A DNA stretch of 64,000 nucleotides from an uncultured Planctomycetaceae bacterium (lineage in GTDB: Bacteria > Planctomycetota > Planctomycetia > Pirellulales > PALSA-1355), in assembly GCA_963785305.1 (NCBI GenBank), contig CAWAUV010000004.1, forward strand, positions 192,001 through 256,000, read 5' to 3'. The position numbers were made by a program, and so were the translations under genes. Every line of letters begins with the position of its first letter. The stretch's first letter is position 1. Positions 10,595-20,638 of the stretch are shown one piece after another. The notes below the pieces were generated by a model. It worked only from the letters and a program-made list of their open reading frames with translations. It had not been told where the DNA came from and ran no database searches.

Positions 10595-12882
10595 TCAGCG
10601 CTTGCTCGTGAACTCGGCGGAATTGAGCAAGCTCCACAAGAGGTCCTCGAAGGCGGCGCCGCGAACCTCGACTGCGGCCCGATGCTCCCGGGCCAAGCGC
10701 TGCTCCGCTTCGGTCGGCTGGCGGCCGAGCACCCGGCGAAACAGGCGATCGACCACCTGTGCGTCGTCGGCGGTTTCGGCGAGCAGCTTGCCGAGGAACG
10801 TGTTCCGCTCGGGCGTGGCCCGCACTTGGGCTTGCAGTTGCTCGTTGTTCATCATGAGCACGGCTTGATTCAAAGTGCGCGGAATATCCGTCGGCGCGAG
10901 CGATGGATCGAAGCCGAAAGCATCGGTCACCAGGTCGCGCGTGCTCTTGGGCGGAGGTGGAAAACGAACTTCGGCCGTGGGCTTCACCGCGGGCGGAGTG
11001 ATGTTGGGCAAGTCGATTCCCGCGGCCAAGGCGGCGAATACCTCGTCGCCGCGAAGCCGCGAGGGCGCCGCGGCGGCCAAGACGGCGCCCGCCGACGATT
11101 CATTCTTTTGAATGGCGGCTATCGAGAGCGATTCCGCGATGCTTTCTCGAGGCGCCGCCAGCCCGCGCTGGTAAGCCCGCGTCGCCATCAGCAGCCGGAA
11201 CAGGTCCTTGGAGTCGTATCCGGTGGCGAGAAAATGCGCGGCGAGCACTGCATGCACTTTCGGCCAAAGCTGGGGCTGCGACTCGCCAAGGTTGTCGACC
11301 GGCTCATAGAAGCCATGCCCCATGAGGCGAGCCCAAACCCGGTTGACATAGGCCCTGGCGAACCAGGGATTCTCCGGCGAAGTGACGAACCGAGCAAGCT
11401 GCTCCCGCCGCTCGGCGTCGCTCAAGCCGACCTCGGTCGCGGAGCTTTCGGCCGCGACGCCATCGAGAAACACCGGGTTCATCTCGCGACCCTTCTTGCT
11501 CGGATCGCTCGCGTCGGGCATCACATATTCGCCCTTGGTCTTCGACGCAACCACGGTGTCGGCGCCATCGTTCTTCGAGAGTTTGGCCGACGATCGTGCG
11601 AAGAACGCCGCCATCTCATGGAATTGATCGCGGGTCCAAGCGTCGAACGGGTGATCGTGGCACTGGGCGCAGCGAACTTGTAGGCCCATGAAGATTCGGC
11701 TGGTCTCCGACGCCAAACCCACGGGGCTCGCTTGATGATACCCGATAAACGTGGCTTCGGGCCGCTCCGAAATCTTGCCGCTGGCCGTCAAGAGATCGTG
11801 AACCACCTTGTCCCACGAATCGTTCGCGTTGATTCTCCGGGCCAGCCAGGCGCACAGCGGCTTGTAGTTTAGATAGGTGAGCTCCGGCGGCGGAGTACGA
11901 TACGCGATCGTGTCAACCCAATAGTCGGCCCAGTTGAGGCCAAACGCTTCTTCTTGCAGCCGAGCGTCGATGTGCCGAGATCGCTTGGCGGCCGACGCGC
12001 TCGCGGAAATATCGGCCGAAGCGTCGGCCACGAACTCAGCCAGTTCCTCGGGCGTCGGTTGACGACCGATCAGATCGAAATCGGCGCGGCGCAAAAACGC
12101 TTCGTCGTCGATCGGCGCCGCGAGCTCGCGGTCGCCGAGCGACTCTTCGATCAGGGCGTCGAGCATCGCCGGCGTGGCGCGTTCGGGCCGAAGCGCGGGC
12201 TTGCGCTCGAGCGACACCGTGATCTTCTGTTGCTCGCGCAAGATGTCGATCGGGCCGCGACGCGCGTTCGAACACACCGGTCGCCGAAGCGACGCTCGCC
12301 GCGGGCGACGGGTTTACCGCGGGCGCACCATTCACGGCGGGAGCCGCCGGCGCCGCGGCTTCGGGCAAGAGCCGCAGGGCATCGACGATCACATAGCCAT
12401 CGGCGCCGGAATTCGAGATCGTGACCACGGCGTCGGCCTCGGACGTGAAAGCGAACACGCCCAGAAGTCGAAACGGCGAGCCCTCGGCCGGCTTTTCACG
12501 CTGGTTGAGCGTAAGCTCGACGAGCCCTTCGCCGGTCGTGATCGAGATCGGCACATTCGAGGCGCAGCGTCTTGCCCGGCGTGTACGCCAAGAGCACTTG
12601 ATAACGCCCCGTGGCCGGCGGTCGCGCGACGAAGCGAACTCGCATCTCGCCCTTGTCGCGATTGTCGTCGTGAATATAGCCCGGGCCGACAAAGGGACCG
12701 ACATGGGTCGACGATCGCCAAGCGCCCGTCTTTTCGGCCGCTGGGTCGTCGATCACCACCCCCGGCGGCGAGCCAAGCGGCGCCGAGTCGGCGGCCGCAG
12801 CCGCGCGAAGCATCGCGGCCGAGAGCACCGCGAGCGGCAATAGTCTCCAGCGGTAAAAAGGCATGACGATCGGCTTGCTCAT
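10595..12882 (-). CDS. DUF1549/DUF1553 protein with N-terminal golvesin/xanthan-lyase-like beta-sandwich (frameshifts near 12570 and 12280)
   Basis: FLRRADFDLIGRQPT, CAQCHDHPF, NPWFARAYVNRVW, LLWSLLNSAEF; upstream fragments GPGYIHDD and GADGYVIVDALRL. Confidence 0.8.
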
Positions 12883-12927
12883 CGTATCAGGCGCCAACAA
12901 GGCCATGAACACTCGAAGTCTCGAAAC

Positions 12928-14247
12928 TCAAACCAATTCGTGGATCACTTCGCGGTCGTCGAGCAAATACACCGGCCGGCCGTTGAGATCATGGATTTGC
13001 ATGGCCGGGTCGATGCCTAGGTGGCGATACAAAGTCGCGAGCACATGGCTCGGCGTGTGGGGGCGGCCCTTGGATCGCTCGGCGCGAGCGTCGGTTTCGC
13101 CAATGGCTTGACCGTGGCGAAAGCCGCCGCCGGCCAGGAGCGCGAAGCCGGCCGAGGGCCAATGATCGCGGCCCGCGCGGGGATTGATTCGCGGCGTGCG
13201 GCCGAACTCGCCCCACATCACCACCGCCACGTCGTCGGACATGCCGCGCTCCGCGAGGTCGGTCACGAGCGCATGCACTCCGCGGTCGACTTGCGGCAGT
13301 TGCTGCCGCATCTTCGCGAAATTATTGGTGTGCGTGTCCCACGAGCCGACCGAGAGGGTCACCACCGACACACCCGCCTCGACCAATCGCCGGGCCGCGA
13401 GAAAGTTCTTATTCTCGGCGCCGTAGCGATCGCGCACCGCTCGAGGCTCGCGCTCGAGGTCGAAGGCGTCGCGCGCGGCGGTCGAAGTCACCATGTCGAT
13501 TGCGCGCGAGGTAAACGCATCGACGCCGGCAATGGCGCCGCCGTAATCGAGATCGCGATGGATCGTGTCGAGATCGTGGAGCAATCGCCGACGATCGGCT
13601 AGCCGCTCGAGCGACACTCCCGAGACGAGCGATAAATTGTTGAGCCCCGGCCCCGAGGGAACAAAGGGCCGATGAGCCGCGCCGACATAGGCCGGGTCTT
13701 CGCCCATCGCGTTGTACGACAAGCTGACATAAGCCGGCATGCCGGCCCGCTGCTTGCCCAGGTAACTCACCACGCTCCCCAGCGCCGGCCGCTTCACCTT
13801 GTCGGGAAAGCCGGTCATGAGCATATGCGAACTATGCTGATTCACGGATTCGAGCCCGCGCACGATCGAGAGCTTGTCCATGATCTCGGCCTGCCGCGGC
13901 ATCAGCTCGCAGATTTCGACCCCGGGAACTCGAGTCGCGATCGGCGAAAGCTCGCCGCGAATTTCGAGCGGCGCCGCCGGCTTCAGATCGTAGGTGTCGA
14001 GATGCGTCGGACCACCGGGCAGATAGATCATGATCACGCTTTTCGCGCGGCGAGTCGACGCGAGCGAATTGACATTCGAACTCGGGTGGGCCGAAGCCAA
14101 AGTCGCCGCGGGCGTGGCGGCGTGGGCTTGATAGCGAAGTAAGTCCGCTAGCGTCAGGCCGCCGATCGAGAGCGCGCCGACTCGCAAAAAATCTCGCCTG
14201 CTGGCGCCATCGCAAAACCGCCGAGACCGGCCCAAGAAAGTGAGCAT
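12928..14247 (-). CDS. DUF1501 domain protein
   Basis: SRRDFLR, LPGGPTHLDTYD, ARRLVEAGV, WDTH, GEFGRTP, GRDHW. Confidence 0.9.
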   Translation of the reverse strand: MLTFLGRSRRFCDGASRRDFLRVGALSIGGLTLADLLRYQAHAATPAATLASAHPSSNVNSLASTRRAKSVIMIYLPGGPTHLDTYDLKPAAPLEIRGELSPIATRVPGVEICELMPRQAEIMDKLSIVRGLESVNQHSSHMLMTGFPDKVKRPALGSVVSYLGKQRAGMPAYVSLSYNAMGEDPAYVGAAHRPFVPSGPGLNNLSLVSGVSLERLADRRRLLHDLDTIHRDLDYGGAIAGVDAFTSRAIDMVTSTAARDAFDLEREPRAVRDRYGAENKNFLAARRLVEAGVSVVTLSVGSWDTHTNNFAKMRQQLPQVDRGVHALVTDLAERGMSDDVAVVMWGEFGRTPRINPRAGRDHWPSAGFALLAGGGFRHGQAIGETDARAERSKGRPHTPSHVLATLYRHLGIDPAMQIHDLNGRPVYLLDDREVIHELV

Positions 14248-14598
14248 GGCAGGAACTCCCGAAGAAAGAGAGTCGAAGCAAAACTGCGGAAGATCGCATC
14301 TGGCGGAAAGGCATTATCGAGGTTTTATCGAGCCGGCGTCAAGCAATTTTTTCGGGCTTTTCCTGGGCGATCGATTTTGCGGGTCGCGCGCCTTGTGCCG
14401 ACGGTAATTCGCCGCGGCGATTCGCATGAACTTCGCCTTGCCGAGAGGCCGATAAATTCGTAACCACTGGGGAGGCCGTCCGACATTGTGTCGCGGGGGC
14501 GATGGGTGGATGGCGAGATTGAGTGCTGGCGCCGGGCAGTCGCGGCAATGCGACCGCCGTTATGTGCGAACGCCGGCTTTCCGGAGCTTTTCGACGTT

Positions 14599-14871
14599 AT
14601 GACCGTTTTTTCGTTTTCCGAGGTTCCTCCGAGGAATGTGGCCACCGTGGCCGAGCAGCGGCTCAAAGCGAGCCCCTACTACTTTCTCAAGCGAATCACC
14701 TGCGAATACGCCGAAGGCACATTGACCCTCCGCGGTCGGGTGCCGATTCCGCAGCTTCTGCCGCTGGCCGAGAGCATCGTGGCCGATGTCGATGGCGTGA
14801 TCGACGTGGCGAACTGCCTGGAGCTCGGCGATCCGTTTACCGCCGGTCGCGAGGCGCGAAACGCCGGATAA
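14599..14871 (+). CDS. Single BON-domain protein
   Basis: GTLTLRGRV...AESIVADVDGVIDVANCL pattern. Confidence 0.65.
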   Translation: MTVFSFSEVPPRNVATVAEQRLKASPYYFLKRITCEYAEGTLTLRGRVPIPQLLPLAESIVADVDGVIDVANCLELGDPFTAGREARNAG

Positions 14872-16447
14872 TCGCCTTGGCGGCGCGCAGCCCATCGAGC
14901 GCCGCGCTGATGATGCCGCCGGCATAACCGGCCCCCTCGCCGATTGGAATCAGCCCCGGGGTGCTCGTGCTTTCGAGCGTTTCATCGTGGCGAATAAATC
15001 GCACCGGGGAACTGCCCCGCGCCTCGGGACCCACGAGCGTGGCGCCGGCCAGAAACGTGCCTCGCCAGCGGCGGTCCAAGAGCGGCAACCCATCGCGCAG
15101 CGCCGAAACGACCCCCGGCGGAACGAGTTCGGCAAGTTCCAGCGACACGACGCCGCGCGGATAGCTCGACGCGATATCGCCCCGCGAGCGGCGCCAGGCC
15201 AAAAAATCGTCGGCCCGCTGAATCGGGCAGCGGTAATCGCCGCCGGCCAGCTCGAAGGCGCGTCGCTCATAGCGGCGCTGCAACGCCATGCCGGCCAACG
15301 GGCCGGAGCCGCCAAAATCGGCCGGGTCGAGCGTGATCATCAGCCCGGAATTGGCGAAGGGCGAAGCGCGCCGCGAGAGGCTCATGCCATTGGTGGCGAA
15401 ATAGCCCGCTTCCGACACGCTCGGCATTACATGTCCGCCGGCGCACATGCAGAACGTAAATAGATTCCGCTCGCCGCGCGCCACGAGACTATAGTCGGCC
15501 GCGCCGAGCTTGTCTTCCAATCGCGCTGGGCCATACTGAGCCCGGTTGACTTGTTCTTGCGATTGTTCGATTCGCACACCGAGTTGAAACGGCTTCGGCG
15601 CCATCGCCACGCCGCGGCGGTGAAGCATTTCATAGGTGTCGCGAGCGCTATGGCCCATGGCAAACACGGCCACGCCCGCGGGCACGCGCCCGCTCGATGT
15701 ATCGAGCCAGCGAATCGCGCCCTCGGCGAGTCCCAGGTCTTCGACGCGACAATCGAAGCGAAATTCGCCGCCCATCGCTTCGACCTGCCGGCGCATCGCC
15801 TTGACCACCGCCGGCAGCCGATTGCTGCCCAAGTGGGGCCGATGGTCGTACACGATCGAGGGCTTGCCCTTCGAGGCGGCGAAGAGCTCGAGCACGCGTC
15901 GCACATCGGGTCCGCTGGCCCGGCAGGTGAGCTTGCCATCGCTAAACGTGCCGGCGCCGCCTTCGCCGAATAGGTAATTGCTTTCGGGATTGTGGGGGCC
16001 GCCGGCGTCGAAGGCTTTGACATCGCGAATCCGATCGCGCACGCTTCGCCCGCGCTCGAGCACGAGCGGCTCATAGCCGGCCGAGGCCAGAAACCACGCG
16101 GCCACGACTCCGGCCGGCCCGGCGCCGACGATCACCGGCCGCTCCTCGAGCGGCGTCGTTCCCGGCGGCGGCAATTCGAAGGGCGGTTCGGCGTAAAGCT
16201 CGGCGCGGATCGAAGTCGCGGGAGTTCGGCGGCTTGCCAACCGGCGCGATTCATCGTCGTGGAGCGAGACTTCGAGCGAGTACATAAACACGATGTCGCG
16301 CCGATCGCGAGCATCAAGGCTTTTGCGGAGAATGCGCCAATGACGCACATCGTCGGCCCGCACGCCGAGCGAACTTAGGATCGCGCTTTCGAGCCCGGCT
16401 TCGGATTCGTCGATGCCCAAGCGGATATTGGATAAGCGAATCGGCAC
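14837..16447 (-). CDS. FAD-dependent oxidoreductase (COG2509-like)
   Basis: IVGAGPAG, FGEGGAGTFSDGKL, FCMCAGG, GEGAGYAGGIISAALDG. Confidence 0.85.
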   Translation of the reverse strand: MPIRLSNIRLGIDESEAGLESAILSSLGVRADDVRHWRILRKSLDARDRRDIVFMYSLEVSLHDDESRRLASRRTPATSIRAELYAEPPFELPPPGTTPLEERPVIVGAGPAGVVAAWFLASAGYEPLVLERGRSVRDRIRDVKAFDAGGPHNPESNYLFGEGGAGTFSDGKLTCRASGPDVRRVLELFAASKGKPSIVYDHRPHLGSNRLPAVVKAMRRQVEAMGGEFRFDCRVEDLGLAEGAIRWLDTSSGRVPAGVAVFAMGHSARDTYEMLHRRGVAMAPKPFQLGVRIEQSQEQVNRAQYGPARLEDKLGAADYSLVARGERNLFTFCMCAGGHVMPSVSEAGYFATNGMSLSRRASPFANSGLMITLDPADFGGSGPLAGMALQRRYERRAFELAGGDYRCPIQRADDFLAWRRSRGDIASSYPRGVVSLELAELVPPGVVSALRDGLPLLDRRWRGTFLAGATLVGPEARGSSPVRFIRHDETLESTSTPGLIPIGEGAGYAGGIISAALDGLRAAKAIIRRFAPRDRR

Positions 16448-16576
16448 TTCGAAACTTTCAAGCGGGGCAGTCTGGCGGAAAGGCGGCAGGCAGTTCCATA
16501 ATAAGCGACCGGCTTGAGAATGAAACTCGCGGCCGTGGATTTTCGCCGAGAGAAATACGACCGGCGTCGCGCGGGT

Positions 16577-17359
16577 CTACACGATCGCGGCCGGCGATTG
16601 CGTCACAAGGTCCGCGAGGGCGCGCACCCGATTTTCGCGGACGGCGCCACCCCGCCCGCCGATACATGCCGCCCCGCGCACTCCGACCACGTCGGGCGTC
16701 ATCGCCACGACAAGCGCGAGCGCATCGCCAGCCAATGCGCCCGCCAAACCGAGCCGGATTCCCGACGCGCGAGCCTGGGCAATGAGCGATTCGAGCAAGG
16801 CTCGGTCGCAGTGCGATGTCAGACCGCGGCCGTCCTTGCGAAACGTGTCGATCACCAAAAAAGGAGACCCCCTGTCCACGGCCCAGTCGAGCGCCGCCGC
16901 GAGCGATGGCCCGTTGGAGGCCGCGAGATCGGCGTACACGACCGGAACGCACGACAGCCCGCGCGGCAACGTGGCCACGGCCGTTTGCCAGGGCTTGCTC
17001 CACGCGGCAATCGACGATCCGAGACCCGCGAGCCCGACCTTCACGAAGTCGAGGCCGGCGAGCGCGGCGGTAAACGCGGAATCTCGGTCGCTCGGACCGT
17101 CAGAACTGTTTGTCTCGCCCGCGAAGCTATCGCGCAGCTCCCCGAGAGCGGCGCTTACCGGGGCGCGACCCGCCACCGCGGCGACGATCGCGGCGATCAT
17201 GCTCGGATCGGCGGCGCCCAACGGGCCGCGCGCGGGTTCCTTGATGTCGATAATATCGACCCCGCCGGCCAGCGCCGCCATTGTCTCCGAGACATCGCGC
17301 ACACTCACGAGCAACCGCGGACGATCGAACTTCAATGTTCGTTTTGCGAATCCTGCCAT
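16577..17359 (-). CDS. mfnB: (5-formylfuran-3-yl)methyl phosphate synthase (MfnB/DUF556)
   Basis: LLVSVR, GGVDIIDIKEPARGPLGA, VSAALGE, IDTFRKDG, GLAGAL, GVRGAAC. Confidence 0.82.
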   Translation of the reverse strand: MAGFAKRTLKFDRPRLLVSVRDVSETMAALAGGVDIIDIKEPARGPLGAADPSMIAAIVAAVAGRAPVSAALGELRDSFAGETNSSDGPSDRDSAFTAALAGLDFVKVGLAGLGSSIAAWSKPWQTAVATLPRGLSCVPVVYADLAASNGPSLAAALDWAVDRGSPFLVIDTFRKDGRGLTSHCDRALLESLIAQARASGIRLGLAGALAGDALALVVAMTPDVVGVRGAACIGGRGGAVRENRVRALADLVTQSPAAIV

Positions 17360-17362
17360 GAT

Positions 17363-20300
17363 TTATATGCCGGCGGGCGGCGGTGTTCCCGGTGTGTCGC
17401 TGGTCGGCGCGAAGCCGCGGCGCATTGTGTTCTCGGTGATCGTTCGTGGCAACACGAATTGCAAGAGATATTCCGCCCCGCCGGCCTTGCTGCCGATGCC
17501 CGACATCTTGAATCCGCCAAACGGCTGCCGTCCCACGAGGGCGCCGGTAATCGAGCGATTCAAATACACATTGCCGGCCACAAGCTCCCGCCGAGCGCGC
17601 GCCAAGTGGTCGGGATTGCGCGAGTAAACTCCCGCGGTGAGCGCATAGTCGGTGCTGTTGGCCATCGCGATGGCGGCGTCGAAATCCGGCGCCCGAAGCA
17701 CGGCGAGCACCGGGCCAAACACCTCTTCTTGCGCCAATCGCGCGTCGGGCGGCACGTCGGCGAAAATATGCGGCCCCACATAATATCCCTCCTCGGCCAA
17801 GGAGCCGACATCGGTGGCCAGCGCCTCGCGGGCCGTTTGGCGGCCAAGGGCGATGTATTCATGAACTCGGCGAAAAGCGTCTTCGTCGATCACCGGGCCG
17901 ACGCTCGTGGCGGGGTCTTCGGCCGGACCGATCTTGAGACTCCGCGTGGCTTCGACCAGCCGCTGAACGAAGGAGTCGTGGATCGCGGCGAGCACGATCA
18001 CGCGCGAGCAGGCCGAGCATTTTTGACCCTGATAGCCGAACGCGCTTTTCATCACGCCGACCACGGCTTCGTCCAGGTCGGCGTCGTCGTCGACGATGAT
18101 CGCATTCTTGCCACCCATTTCGGCGATCACACGTTTGACGCTCGTGAGCCGAGTCGAAACTTCGGCGGCGCGGGCATTGATCGCCAGCCCCACGGACCGC
18201 GATCCGGTAAACGCGATGAGCGCCACATCGGGATGGTCGACCAAGGCGCGGCCGACGATTTCGCCCTCGCCGGGTAGAAAATTCACCACGCCGCGCGGCA
18301 ACCGCAGCTCGTGAAAGATTTCCATGAGCATCGCGCCGACCACGGACGATTGCTCGGCCGGCTTCAGCACCACGGTGTTGCCGGTGGCGAGCGCCGCGGC
18401 GGTCATGCCGGTGAGAATCGCGAGCGGAAAGTTCCAGGGAGCGATCACCGCCACCACGCCGCGCGGCCAGAATTCGAATCGATTCTCCTCGCCCGGAAGA
18501 TCGACCCCATGGGGACTATCGAGCTTTTGGGCCTCGATGGCATAGAACTCGCAGAAGTCGATCGCCTCGCATACATCGGCGTCGGCTTCGCGCCACCCCT
18601 TACCGCATTCGACGACCTCCCAGGCCGCGAGCTCATAGCGCCGGCGGCGCATCGCTCCGGCCGCTCGGCGAAGAAACTCGGCCCGCGCCGCGCGCCGATC
18701 GCGGCCCAAGCGGGCCCGGAGCGCTTGGCGGCGGCCACGGCCAGCGCGGCTTCTTCCGCCGTGACCGCGGCGACGCGCCCGACGACGCTCCGCTTGTGCG
18801 AGGGATTGAGCGAGACGATGATTCGCGGTTCGGCGGGCGCCGAGATTTTCAATCGGGCGCGGCGTCCGGAGTGAGCGCATCGCCATCGATCAAGGGAAAA
18901 ACCGGATTTCCCAAGCGCGGCCTGATCGTTTCCAGGGCCTGCCGCATGGCATCGCGGGATTCGGAGACGCGCGAAGTCCGAAACCGGCTCGTTGCGAAAG
19001 GTCAGTGCGAACGGTCCGCTCGCGACATTCGCCTCGCTTCGGCCGTTGGTCTGGCCCGCGCCGGGCGGTGTGTGATGCAGCGGGTTCATGAGCAGTTTCT
19101 CCACGGGCACATGGTCTGAAAAACTCGCGCGGAGGAAAGAATCGTTCGACGTGTTTTCAAGCAGCCGGCGCACAAGATAAGCCATGCCCGGAATCAATTG
19201 GCCGAACGGCATATAGATTCGCAGGCGATAACCATCGTTGACGAGCGCTTGTTTTTCCGAATCGGCCATGCCGTAGAGCATTTGCAGTTCGAATGCCGTT
19301 TGCGGCACGCTCCGATGTCGCGCCACGGCGATCGCATGGGCGAGCGAGCGAAGATTGTGGCTGGCGATCGCCGGGCGAAGCCACTCGGCATTGCACATCA
19401 AGAAGCGGGTCTGGCGTTCGTAGTTCGCGTCGGTTTCGGCTTTGTGCTGGTAGACTGGAATCGGCCAGTCCTCGCTGATCGCATGCACGGTCTCATAGTC
19501 CCAGTACGCGCCTTTCACGAGGCGCACCCAAATCGGGTTCCCGCGCTGCCGAGCCCAATCGCGCAGCGCCACGAGGTCGCGGCCCGAGTCGCGCAAATAA
19601 CACTGAATCACGATGCCCACATCGACGAAACCGCGGAACTCGTCCTCGCCAAGCACCTGCTTGAAGATGGCGAGCGTGAGGTCCTTCGTGGCATAGGATT
19701 CCATGTCGACATGCAAATGCGCCCGATGGGCACGCGCTTGCCGAAGCAGCGCGCGCAATCGCTCGCTCACGCGCCGCGCGGCGCCCTGGGGATCGATCGC
19801 GTCGAACTGGCTGTCGAGGGCTGAAAGCTTGACGGAAACATTGACGCGCGGAATCTCGACCAACAGCGAGCGATCGATCTGCGGGACCTCGGGCCAGGCG
19901 TTGACCACCGGCGCGATGCCGGCGATGAGATCGAGATAGGCCCGAAAATATCGCTCGGCTTCGACATCGGAAATGACCGCTTCGCCGAGAAGATCGAGTG
20001 TGAAGGCGCGGCGCAATTTGCGCTGGGCTCGGGCCGCGGCGAGCACTTCGGTCAGATTCTCGCCCGCGATAAAGCGTCGGGCGTTGCCAGCGGCATTATG
20101 GCGCACCGCTTCGGCGGCGAACCGGCCCACGGCCGAACCGGGGCGAGCCAGCGCCAGCCCCCAGCGAGCCGCGATCGGCAACGATGGCCGGACCGGGCGA
20201 AAATAATTATCGAGGTGATGCACGATCGCCGCGTCGCTACCCAGCATCGGCAGCACATCAATGAAGCGGAACATTTCCACTTTGACCCGCTCGTCGCGCA

Positions 20301-20448
20301 TCGCCCATTGCATGAGCCGATCGTCCCACCAGCGACGCTCGAAGATTTTGGGCCGGTGGCGTCCGAGCCGCGCGAAGAGATAGCGGCCCAATTCCTGGGT
20401 GGTTTTTTCGATGCGGCCCAGTTCGATCGGGTTCAGGTCGTCTTGCAC
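17363..20448 (-). CDS. putA: Bifunctional proline dehydrogenase / P5C dehydrogenase (frameshifts around 18680-18970)
   Basis: PRODH motifs DLLGE, RLVKGAYWD and AYLVRRLLEN; ALDH motifs PWNFP, EMGGKN, GQKCSAC and EEVFGP. Confidence 0.9.
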
Positions 20449-20638
20449 GCGCGAGACCTCGAGGGAAAACGCGTTGGCCGTTCGCCTATTGAAGAGTATC
20501 CCTCGATCGCGAAAAAGGGTAGCCGATTCCGACAAGCGGAAAACCGCGAGGCAGACCGGGCGGGCGGCGAGCAAGCGCGGTCAAAGAGCCGAATTTCGAG
20601 GCCCCGCTTGCCGCGGCCTCGCCAAAACGGCGCCCGAA

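Noticed and set aside
11655..11675. CAQCH as a c-type heme site making this a cytochrome
   Set aside because: The motif is a standard part of DUF1549; heme binding cannot be inferred from it alone.
16514..18277. Long antisense ORFs (also 43234-44640, 39816-41033, 34943-35944 and others)
   Set aside because: Shadows of well-supported genes on the opposite strand, as expected at high GC.
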